Source of the DNA: the human T2T-CHM13v2.0 reference genome, Homo sapiens
Assembly: GCF_009914755.1 (NCBI RefSeq)
Contig: NC_060946.1
Strand: one strand, 5' to 3'
DNA: 64,000 bases
A program made the position numbers and the translations under genes. Positions 40,187-50,257 of the stretch are shown one piece after another. Every line of letters begins with the position of its first letter. Position 1 is the first letter of the stretch. The notes beneath the pieces are model-generated. The model was not told where the DNA came from, searched no databases, and saw only the letters and a list, made by a program, of their open reading frames with translations.

Positions 40187-40500
40187 CAGTGCTGTCCAGA
40201 AGGAATGTGTCACCAGCCACATAGGAACGTGAAAACAAAGAAAGAGGCAGGTGTCATTAATTTTAATAAAATATTTAACCAACACCCAAAATACTATCAT
40301 TTGAACCTAGAATCAATATAAAAATTATAAAAGAAATAGTTTACATTCTTTTGTTCTTAATAAATATTCAAAGTCTAGAGTGTGTTCTGCACAGACCCGC
40401 CCTGTTTCAGACGCACCACTCATGGCCCTTGAAGGCGAAGTCTGCGGTAGCCTGCATCCCATGGTTCCATTACGCTTCTCTGCATAGTGCTGGACACTGT
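40187..40500 (+). mobile_element. MER33-like hAT-Charlie DNA transposon relic
   Basis: CAGTGCTGTCCA start; CAGGTG.CATTAATTTTAATAA, CCAAAATACTATCATTT, AATCAATATAAAAATTAT; ends near TGGACA. Confidence 0.75.
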
Positions 40501-41258
40501 CTCTTTTCTTGTTTATTTCTCCATCTGTTGCCTGACCTACTGGCACACACACTCATACATGTACGCCCTGCAGGGCTGTGGGCTGAGTGTCCTCAGTGCC
40601 TGGAGTGGGGCCCGGCATGAGGCAGCCCTGGGCATGTGGTCACCCAGTGAACACCTGCAGTGCCTGTGAGAAGGTCTGGCATGAAGGGCCTGGACCTCAG
40701 GCCCATTTGCTGGAGGAGAGAGGCCGGGGTACAGGTGGGAGCTGGTGCTCCAGGTGCTCTAGCTGCAGTGTGGGGGATGCCCCACAGCACCTGGCCTTCT
40801 CCCTACCCTTGTAAGCAGAGCTCCAGCACCAGGCGGGGCACTGTCCTGGCAGCTGCCCAGCCGGACAAGGAGGATCCAGCATGATCTCAGAGCAGACCCT
40901 ATACTTCTTTTATTTTAAAAATTATGTTTAGTATACAGCTAATGCATGTTTATTTTGAAAAGATTAGAATTTATGGATAAGTAAAAAATAAATCATCACG
41001 TTTTCTCCCAACGATGACCACGTTCGTCTTTGGCTGATGGTCCTTTTGGAGTTCTTCATGCAAATGCATGTCCTTGAATTTGCATATACACACAGAAAGG
41101 TAACACCCAGGTAACACCCAGGCAGGTGCACAGCGGGGAACCTTCATGTGCCTGGCTCATCGTGGGCACCAGAAGCCCCGTAGTGGAAGGTGTAACCAGC
41201 CATTCAAGCATTGCCGAAGGCACTTTGCACACATTCAACAACCTAATAAGGGAGTTAT

Positions 41259-41858
41259 TATTTTTCTGGCTTTTTCACTCCAGCGGTTCACCAAGTGGGA
41301 AGGAGTGGCACCCAGCAGCTTCTTTGCTCCCATAACTCGGCAAGTGGGAGGGAGGGTTACAGCTCTTTTACTCCTGCCGCCCACAGCTCAGCAAGCATTA
41401 CAGCTCTTTTGCTCTCGCAGTTTGGCAAGTTCTGGGTTCTTGTCCCACAGCCAAGAGGAATAAGGTACGTGGACGCCAGAGAGTAAGGCAGAGTAGAATT
41501 TTACTGAGGAACAGAAAGAAAGCTCTCAGCTGCAAGAAGAGACCTGAAAGCAGGGTGGCCATCTGTGAGGGTAAGTCCAGGGTTTTTATGGGCTTTGAAT
41601 GGGGGAGTGCATGCTGTTAGGTCCATGGATGGGCTTGGAAAAAGCACCATTCGATTGGATAAAGGGCATCATTCAGAAGGAACCAGTTGAAAGAGAGTGG
41701 GTAAGACGGGGATGGAAGTTCTCACTCCGGTCGTGGACTCTATCCAGAACTGGCAGTTAGGTGCTCAGGCTCTAAAAGTATCCTTGGCTTGAAGGTCAGG
41801 TTTCACTGGGGACCCATCCCTGTCTGTCTAGGAACTTGTCTGTCTCCTGTTGCTATCA
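41259..41858 (-). mobile_element. ERV1 solo LTR (LTR27-like) inserted into a MIR
   Basis: Reverse complement begins TGATAGCAACAGGAGACAGACAAGTTCCTAG..CCCCAGTGAAACCTGACCTTCAAGCCAAGG..GGATAGAGTCCACGACCGGAGTGAGAACTTC; left boundary approximate. Confidence 0.75.
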
Positions 41859-41975
41859 CTATTATTATCCCATTTTACAGATGAGGAAACTGAGGCATGG
41901 AGGGTTATGAGACTTGCCCAGGGTTGTGTAGCTAATAAATGCAGGGCTGGGATTTGAACGTGGCCGTGGGGCACA
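41859..41975 (-). mobile_element. MIR SINE (other part at about 41205-41258)
   Basis: ATTATTATCCCATTTTACAGATGAGGAAACTGAGGC...ACTTGCCCAGGGT...GCTGGGATTTGAAC is the MIR core. Confidence 0.9.
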
Positions 41976-42016
41976 TTCAGATGTGCTTTTAGTTGCTTCA
42001 CCGGACTCTGCGACGT

Positions 42017-42383
42017 TCACTGCCCAGCAAAGTGCTGTGGGCTCAGTTTTGGGGATATAGGGACACACAGACCTGTTGAAGTAGTGGTGGAGATGCTGGG
42101 GAGAACTCACTGCCCAGCAAAGTGCTGTGGGCTCGGTTTTGGGGATATAGGGACACACAGACCTGTTGAAGTAGTAGGTGGTGGAGATGCTGGGGAGAAC
42201 TCACTGCCCAGCAAAGTGCTGTGGGCTCGGTTTTGGGGATATAGGGACACACAGACCTGTTGAAGTAGTAGGTGGTGGAGATGCTGGGGAGAACTCACTG
42301 CCCAGCCAAGTGCTGTGGGCTCGGTTTTGGGGATATAGGGACACACAGACCTGTTGAAGTAGATGGTGGAGATGCTGGGGAGA
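42017..42383. repeat. 4 x 90-94-bp VNTR
   Basis: TCACTGCCCAGCAAAGTGCTGTGGGCTC...GAGATGCTGGGGAGA at 42017, 42107, 42201 and 42295. Confidence 0.96.
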
Positions 42384-42759
42384 GCAGCAGGGACGCATCT
42401 GCAGTGCTCGTGGGGTCAGGCAGCATTGGGGGCGGGCTCGGGCCCAGCACTCCCGCATCTAATCCAGTGATCTTGCTTCCCTCGCTGCTGCCCGTTCTCA
42501 CATGAGCCTCAGCCCTGGGCCAGCCACTCAGAGCTCAGGGTCTCGAGGGAACCCAGGGTCTGCAGTCAACCACCCACCCACCCACCCACTGTTCTGGAGC
42601 CTGGGGCCCTAGGACACGGGCTTGTCACCGTCTCACCCTTCCTGGGAAGGCCTGGCACGCGGGGGAGGTCAGTGTCCTCCACGGATGGCACTAGGATTCG
42701 TTTGACTCAGGAAAAATAAAACCCTTTTGGTAAGAAGTAGCCAAAGCCATGGCGATATC

Positions 42760-42907
42760 TGCTCTTCAGTGTCAGGAGCCTCGCCTGCTCTTCAGCATCG
42801 GAAGCCTCACCTGGTCTTCGGCATCGGGAGCCTCAGCATTGGGAGCCTCGTCTGCTCTTCGGCATCGGGAGCCTCACCTGCCCTCCGGCATTGGGAGCCT
42901 CACCTGT
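42760..42907. repeat. About 5.5 x 26-bp degenerate repeat
   Basis: Variants of CTGCTCTTCGGCATCGGGAGCCTCAC. Confidence 0.85.
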
Positions 42908-44493
42908 TGGAACCCGCCCGGGGCAGGAGTGAGCGGCATGGCGGCTTCTGTCTAAGTGTGGTCCACTGCTGTGTGGTCCATGGGGGGAAACTGTTGGAAA
43001 CATCCCAGCTTGGCTTCCCACCTCCACCCTGTGTCCCACTCACTGACGTTTTAGAGAGATGCCTTTGCCTGCATGGTGGTGTGTGAGTCAGGGCTCCACT
43101 TCTGCCTGGGTGGTGTGGGTAGGGCCAACCCCCACCCCCACCGGCCCTCAACTTCAACAGGGGTTGCCTGGTGGAAAGCGTGAGCAACTCTGTCCACTCT
43201 TGTGATTCATGATGTGTCCGAGAGTGTCTAGGGCACACCCAAGTCGCCCACCATCCTGAGAACCAACACATCCCTCTCCCCAGGCCCCACCTCCCAGATC
43301 CCAGGTCAGTTGCTTGGGCTGGGGCCAGGACAATGGGGCATTTTTTTGAGCTCCTTGGGTGCTGATGGACATGTGGTCAGGCCTGAGAACCGTCAACCTC
43401 CAGGCCATGCAGCGAGAGTCTGATTCTGTTGCTTTTGATCCCTCACTGATCACAGACCCCACAGCCTTTACAAAGGGCCCTTGCAGACACTCGGTGTCCA
43501 CTGGAAGGATTCTCGGCACACAGGCTGATGGAGAAAGGCAGGGTGCACTCCACGCTGCCCTCTGGCTGTGGCTTTGTTGAGATGGTGGTGCCCCAGGGAC
43601 CGGGGGAGGGACGGATTGCAGACCTGACGCGACCTTGACTTCTACAGCATCAGTGTGATGAGCAGAGCCTTCCTTTAACTTTTAGATCCACAGATGTGGC
43701 CATTAATTGTTTATGGAAAAGTTAAGAATGAAAATGCAAGTGCCGTCTATAGTTTTCTGGGCTGGGCCCTGGGCAGGCCTCTCTCCACCTGCCCTCCTGG
43801 ACAGGCAGCACCGTCATTGCTGGGAGAGCCATGTCCCTGAATGTGACCGAGGGATGGCTTCGCCCGTGGTGGCCCCTCTGCCTGCCTGGTGTGGGTGATG
43901 CAGAACAGCTCTTGGCTAATAAATGTGCCGCGTTTCCCAGACAGGAGACGACGTGGCCTAGTGCATAAATAAGACAAGCCTTTTTAAAAAAGAAATCTGT
44001 ATTTAAGGATGTGTTTGGCTGTGTTCTTCTCCTCCCGTAAAGGTCACCCAGATAGATTTTTCCTTCTTTAGCATTGCAGGCTGCGAAGAACTGGGCATTT
44101 CTATTCTCCCTCCATCCAGTGAACCTGGCGGACTAAATTAGATTCTGAAATTGAGTGTGCAGTAGAGTCGGTGAGTTACCGTAATGGGAGGGTACTGCTT
44201 CTCACCTTGCAAGGAGCGAGGTCATGATAATATGAAGCGAAGTGGATTAAAAATAAAACCAAAGGTATTTATTTATGACCTGCTCAGAATTGGATTGGCA
44301 TCCATGTAAGTTGCATCTAATGGTGAAAGACAGCAGATTGATGTTGATATGTCCCCAGGGACTTTTAGCCAGTGAAATTCGCTCCCTGAATTCAATTTAA
44401 AGGCCCACTGAAAGTATCCAAAATGCGAAAGGAAATGGAATTGAGGAAGTGGGGGTGGAAGCCCAGCAACTGCGAAATAGCAATTGGAAGACG

Positions 44494-44826
44494 GTCCTGG
44501 TGTGTAACCCTCCTGATGCAGGACCGGAGAGAGGACAGTCCTGGTGTGTAACCCTCCTGATGCAGGACCAGAGAGAGGACAGTCCTGGTGTGTAACCCTC
44601 CTGATGCAGGACCGGAGAGAGGACAGTCCTGGTGTGTAACCCTCCTGATGCAGGACCGGAGAGAGGACAGTCCTGGTGTGTAACCCTCCTGATGCAGGAC
44701 CGGAGAGAGGGCAGTCCTGGTGTGTAACCCTCCTGATGCAGGACCGGAGAGAGGACAGTCCTGGTGTGTAACCCTCCTGATGCAGGACCGGAGAGAGGGC
44801 AGTCCTGGTGTGTAATCTTCCTGATT
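44494..44826. repeat. About 7.5 x 44-bp VNTR
   Basis: GTCCTGGTGTGTAACCCTCCTGATGCAGGACCGGAGAGAGG(A/G)CA, period 44 from 44494. Confidence 0.97.
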
Positions 44827-45839
44827 CGGAAATGGAGAGCGCAGCTCCGGGATGGCCGGGGGGCCTGCCTCAGTGAGGGTGGGGCAACATGCAGACGGCA
44901 GCCTCCGGCACAGCCAGGATGTGAGCCCGGGTCATCTGTCCAGGCTCTGTGCCTGCACAGCTCAGCTCATCCTGGCTGTGCCTATGTGGAGAGCCTGCCA
45001 TCCTTATCTCCAGATGAAGAAGAGTGTGGCTTGGAGAGCCAGGCCCACTGCCCAAGACCACCTGGACAGGAAGACAGGATGTGAACTTCAGAGCCCAGCT
45101 ACCCCCCATTCCCCTCCATGCCAGTCTTGCTGGGCTGCGTTTTCTCGAGGCAGGCGACATGGGCATCCCGAGCCTGTGGCCCTCCCTGTCCCTTGTCACC
45201 TGCTAGGAGTGGGGAAGGGCAGTTCCAGCACCCTGAGGGCTCCTCAGCCGCCTTCCTGACTTCCTGGATCCAGCTTCTGTTTGGGGTGGGAGGTAGGAGA
45301 AGCCGGGGAGCCTGCAGGTGGCCCCCTGGGGGCAAATTCTCGAGGACCAGAGCCCACAGGGCCATCTGAGCAGTGTAGACCCCTCCCTCAGGGAGTCTGC
45401 CCAGCTTCATGACAGAGCCTGGGCTTGGGCTGGCCCTGACCTGATGGTCCCCTGTTTCTCTTCTGAGAACCCCCACTGCAGGAGGCTGTCTTGGCCACTC
45501 AGCCCTCTCTGATCCCTACTTCTGCCAAGCCCTCTGTGTGTTGGGGTCCCCGGAGACCTGCCCTGTCCTTGGTGGGCTGCCAGCAGCTGTGGATGTGGGC
45601 GTGGTCATGTGGGAGGGCGGGGCTGTCAGGCGGTGGTCGTGGGGGGTCCCCCGAGGACCTGTGCTTTTCCTTCCCCGTTGTGGCCTCAGTGGACGTAGGT
45701 CAGTCTCCATCTCCTCAGTGTCCGCATCCCGGCCTCCAGACCATGAGCTCTGGAGACAGTCGCCCATGTGTCTTTTGGGGGTGGGACTCAGTGCCCCCAT
45801 AGCCCATCTGAGACACGGCCCAGCTGCAGGCCAGAGGAG

Positions 45840-46205
45840 CCCACCCAGCACTCCCAGTAAGCCCAACGCACCTGCCCAGTGCGCCCGGTGAGCCCAGTGT
45901 GCCTACCCAGCACTCCCAGTGTGCCTACCCAGCACTCCCAGTGAGCCTACCCAGCACTCCCAGTGAGCCTACCCAGCACTCCCAGTGAGCCTACCCAGCA
46001 CTCCCAGTGAGCCTACCCAGCACTCCCAGTGAGCTGTGTGCTCACCCAGAGTGCCCAGTGAGCCCAGTGAGTCCGGTGTGCCCGCCCGGTGTTCCCACCC
46101 AGCATGCCCAGTGAGCCTTGTGTGTCCACCCAGTGTGCCCGCTCAGTGAGCCTGGTGTGTCCACCTAGCATGCCCATGGAGCCCACTGTGTGCCCACCCA
46201 GTGCT
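45840..46205. repeat. 22-bp VNTR core (about 45901-46034) with degenerate flanks
   Basis: GCCTACCCAGCACTCCCAGTGA at 45901, 45923, 45945, 45967, 45989 and 46011. Confidence 0.9.
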
Positions 46206-46644
46206 GGCTGTACTGCTGGCCGTATGTGTGTTTTCCCAGTCTGTCCAGCAGCCCTGACAGTAATTTACTACAGTAAATAAAAATTTGTACTATGTGAATT
46301 CAATGCAATAAATGCTGTGACTGGGAAGTAGAATGGGAGAATGAAGGGTACAGGAGGCGAGATTTTAAAAATACACATGTAAGATGATTTTATCCACACT
46401 GAACGACTTATAATTGTTGCTTATTCCCTATAGTTCCCTATTTTCCTACTTACATGCATGTCATTCACCTTTATGTAAAACCTTTTACCTCCTATCTTTA
46501 CCTATGAGAATCCTACCTGAATTTTAAGAGTCTGATCAAATGTCACTTCCACAGAAAGGCCTTCTTTGGTTGTAACTGGAACTAATTTTTAAATCTCAGT
46601 CTAAGGCAAATAAGCACATTAGAAAGCAATAAATAAATAAATGG

Positions 46645-46760
46645 TGGCCCCATTTTGCAGAGGAGGAAGCTGGGCCTCGGGGTGGAGTCATTGTTCCAGG
46701 GCACCAGGTTGGACCTAGACCTGAAGCTGGGTTTGGTGCAGCCCTGCACCCCAACCCACT
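46645..46760 (-). mobile_element. MIR fragment
   Basis: CCCCATTTTGCAGAGGAGGAAGCTGGGCCTC. Confidence 0.55.
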
Positions 46761-47224
46761 GGTGTGAGGTGGTCATGCAGGAGGGGCCAGTTGGCGCTTT
46801 GCTGTGCTCCTGGGCTCCCGGGGTGGGCCTGAGCCGGCTCCGTTCTGTGATCCCCTCGTGTGGGCTTCATCTGCTGATGGTGCTGGTGCCCGGAGGGGTC
46901 TCCTGGTGCACAGAAATCTGTGCTTAGTGGCAGTTCCAGGGGTGCTGCGGTACTTCCTGGGCTGATACAGGCTTTGTGGGAGTGGGAAGCTCCTGGGCGG
47001 AGGCTGCAAAGCTGCAGCAGGGCCCCGAGAGCTGGGTCTCCCCCTGAGGGGCAGGGGATTCAGTTAAATGAAGCTCTGGGCGGCCCCTGCCACGACATCT
47101 CAGATGCCGGACTTGGAGCTGCGCAGTGGGCCTCCTGCCTGGCTGCTGGGATGGGGCGGTGGCCGTGGGGCGAGGCCTGGGGCCCTTCTGGGGTTGAGCA
47201 GGGAGCAGCTGCCGGCTGGGCAAG

Positions 47225-47431
47225 TTTTCCTGGGTCACCCACCCTCCACTGTGGGTCACCTTCTCTGACCTGGGCTTGTGTCTTTCTCTCCAGTTTTCCT
47301 GGATCACCCGCCCTGCACCGTGGGTCACCTCCTCTGACCTGGGCTTGTATCTTTCCCTCCAGTTTTCTGGGGTCACCCGCCCTCCACCGTGGGTCACCTC
47401 CTCTGACCTGGGCTTGTCTCTTTCTCCCCAG
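47225..47431 (+). repeat. 3 x 69-bp tandem repeat whose unit contains the 3' splice site
   Basis: Units are 47225-47293, 47294-47362 and 47363-47431. Each reads TTTTC(C/T)..GG(G/A)TCACCC..CCCT.CAC.GTGGGTCACCT.CTCTGACCTGGGCTTGT.TCTTTC..(T/C)CCAG. Confidence 0.95.
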
Positions 47432-47560
47432 GAGCTGCTGCTCTTCCTCCAGAACCTGCCCACAGCCCACTGGGATGATGAGGACATCAGCCTGTTGCTG
47501 GCCGAGGCCTACCGCCTCAAGTTTGCTTTTGCCGACGCCCCCAATCACTACAAGAAATGA
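47432..47560 (+). CDS. TBC1D22A: Terminal coding exon of TBC1 domain family member 22A (Rab-GAP), 42 aa + stop, phase 0
   Basis: Translates as ELLLFLQNLPTAHWDDEDISLLLAEAYRLKFAFADAPNHYKK-TGA, recognised as the TBC1D22A C-terminus. Preceded by branch-like CTCTGAC (A at 47406), pyrimidine tract TTGTCTCTTTCTCCC and CAG|G (AG at 47430-47431). Confidence 0.96.
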   Translation, partial: ELLLFLQNLPTAHWDDEDISLLLAEAYRLKFAFADAPNHYKK

Positions 47561-47999
47561 GCCCAGGCCCACCCGCAGCTGGCCTCACTGTCCCGGGTGG
47601 CGCGCCCCACCTGCCTGGCTGGTGGTAGGCCCCTGTGAGCTGGTCCCGGGCTGCTAAAAGGCCTTGTGAGGTGGCCCCACCCTCCAGGGGAGCTGGTGAA
47701 GATGGGCCACAGACCTGGTCTAGGGCTGACAAAGACAGGGACAGCCTTTGTTTTCTGAGATACCAAAGAGAGCCAGGGGAGGGCCCCGGGTTCGGCGGCC
47801 AGAGGCAGGTCAGGGGTCCCCTCTCCCTCTCCCTGCAATGTCCTTGCCAAATGACTGCCTCCTGCTGCCCCTAGTCCGGGGCAGCCTAGGAGGCCGACCC
47901 TCTTTGGAGTCCTGCTGTCTGGGTGCCAGGGCCGGAACGAGGTAGTGGCCATCTCATACCTACTCTGAAATGCAAAACTTCTATTCTGTTGAGTGAAAG

Positions 48000-48005
48000 A
48001 ATAAA
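48000..48005 (+). terminator. Proximal polyadenylation signal AATAAA
   Basis: First canonical hexamer seen after the stop (about 440 nt), in a locally A/T-rich patch with GT/T-rich sequence downstream. Confidence 0.75.
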
Positions 48006-48527
48006 ATGTAGACAAAATCTAGACCGAGACGTTGCGCTGACCCGGGGTCTCTGTGCCGCGAGGTCCCCTCACAGCTGTATTTCACTGCTGCTGGCCCTTT
48101 CCCTCCGTGTGTTTTCCTGCTTGCTTGGTTTAAACGTGGCTGGGAAGCTGAAGGCTGGAGTCCAAGCCGTGAGCCCGCCGAGTGCCTGGGAGGCCGTGGG
48201 ACCAAAGGCTGGGAGCAGAGGGAGGCCTCGCCATCGCCTTACTTTCCACCTTGAACCTCTTTTACAAGAGAGAAACCCCCACCTCCCTGAGGTCCAGGGC
48301 CAAGTGGCCCCGCCACGCAGGTAGGCGCCGGCCTCAGCCAGAGCCCCTGGAGGCCCACCCAGGCTGTCGGGCCATGTTGGGCTGGCAGACGGGCAGGGGG
48401 TCGCGTCCCTGTCATCAAAGCCCTGAACCACAGTGCTCTTCTCACCGCAGCCTGGAAGCGGAATGAGCTTTTGGAGACTTCCTGGGACTTGCTGTCCTTG
48501 TCCAGGTCTGCCAGGTGTAGGGGAGGT

Positions 48528-48718
48528 GTGACTGGTTCCATCATGGACCGGTTCCTCCGTGGACCGGTTCCGCCATGGACCGGTTCCGCCATGGACCACT
48601 CCTGCCCTGGACCACTCCTGCCCTGGACCGGTTCTGCCGTGGACTGGTTCCCGCCGTGGACCAGTTCCCGCTGTATACTGGTTCTGCCCTGGACTGGTTC
48701 CCGCTGTGGACTGGTTCC
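48528..48718 (+). repeat. About 12 x 16-17-bp minisatellite inside the long 3'UTR
   Basis: Variants of TGGACCGGTTCCGCC(A/G). Confidence 0.9.
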
Positions 48719-49592
48719 TTGGGGCTCTAAGTGCGGAAGGGCCCAGAGCTGGTCCCTGCCCAGCGCCCTGCTAGGGCTGTGTCCTTGGCTCCAGGGGCCT
48801 TGGGACTGGCTTCCCAGCATTCCCTCGGTGTGTCACAGGCTGCATGACCCCTGGAATGCGGGCAGGGCCACAGCCACAGTCTGTCTGATCCCTGAGCCCA
48901 GGACAGGCTCACGTCCTCAGCGACCCACTGGTGACTGACTTCCCAGACTCTCCTCTGTCCCTCAGGAGCAGCCGTGTCCTCTCCCAGGCCCTAGGACACT
49001 GCCAGAGACTGTGGGACATACAGGCATAAGTGATGTGTGTGTTTCTGCTTCTGTTTTAAAAATCCAGGGTCATTACACACAGCATGGAAATTAGCACAAA
49101 ATGCTGTGCAAACGTCAGATGCTCCCAAACCAGCAAAGGGATGGGCTTGCTTCACATCAGATGCGGGCACGCCTTACCCCTGCCTTCCGTGTCCCCACCC
49201 CAGGGTCAAGGGTTCCTCAGACCAGCCATGCCTCCTCCTCCTGCCGCCTCCTTTTCTAGATGGGGAGGGGATTCCGTCACAAGAAGAGCCGCCCCTCGGC
49301 CGTGTGCAGGAAGCCCCATGTCGCTTTGCCGAGATCAGCCCTGGGAGGATCCCCTTCTCTAGCTCAGATCATGCCGTGTGGCCAGAAGGCTGCGGACACA
49401 ACTGACCTGCTTCTCGAGGTGGTTGATGTTTTAAACAGGAAGCTCCACGGAGTTCAGCCCTGTGTGCATTTCCTCATGTATGTAAACGCCAAGACTGAAT
49501 GTGAGAGGTGTTGGCCGCGGGCCTTAAGTCTGAGCAGATCCATCTGGAATGTTCGGGGTGTGCTGTCTGGATGTGGTGCGCTAAAAACACGG

Positions 49593-49598
49593 AATAAA
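49593..49598 (+). terminator. Distal polyadenylation signal AATAAA
   Basis: Canonical hexamer with tandem TGTATGTA (two UGUA, CFIm-type) at 49477-49484 upstream. Confidence 0.7.
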
Positions 49599-50257
49599 GA
49601 TCAGTGACAAAGCCGCGGCCTTGGCCTGTGATTCGAGGACTTGCCCATCGAGGACAGGGGCACCCTGGCCCAGCCCTGCCGAGGGTCTGAGCTCAGGGCC
49701 ATTGCGGCGCACCAGCGTGGGCCCGGCAGCACCCGTGATCTCGCTGCCCCCCGCGGGACCTCTCAGGGAGATGGGGCTGCAGCTGCTCAGGTGGTGCAGG
49801 GATGCCACTTGCCCGGGCGGGGCAAGACTCAGAAACCAGTCTGACCCCCGAAGCCCGGCTCTGCACTAGCTGGAACACGGGAGTGTGGGGTCCAGGCTGG
49901 CCCCTGTCAGGCTCCTGAACAAGGGACCTCCCCTTGGGCCACATCTGTCAAGCACCTGCTTTGAAAAGGGCTGTTCCGGGGTAGGCACCAGGGTCTGGGG
50001 TCCCCCCCGCCTCTCCTGGGATACACTTGCCTCACCCTCACCCACACACTGAAACACCCTCCTTGCCCTGTGTTACTGAAGCAAGGCCCTTCAAAGGGCC
50101 TCAGTTTCTCAGGGCAGCTTTCCAGGTGCGCCACACCCCTCTGAGTAACCCCGTCTGGGTGCCCCACCCTCAGGTACCCCACACCCCCCTGGGTGCCCCA
50201 CCCTCGGGACCCTCCCTTGGCAGCACTTGGCTTTCCACTGCCTTGTGCTGTCTGCTG

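Larger units (their letters stand above)
47561..49620 (+). other. TBC1D22A: TBC1D22A 3'UTR (short form to about 48025, long form to about 49620; ends approximate)
   Basis: Follows the TGA at 47558-47560; AATAAA at 48000-48005 and 49593-49598. Confidence 0.75.

Noticed and set aside
44494-44826. CRISPR-like appearance of palindromic 37-44-bp repeats (also 18605 and 36492)
   Set aside because: Head-to-tail repeats without unique spacers, no cas genes, and eukaryotic context.
46920-47657. 245-aa ORF overlapping the TBC1D22A exon in another frame
   Set aside because: Non-ATG start, low-information GC-rich translation, no recognisable homology; the true frame is 47432-47560.
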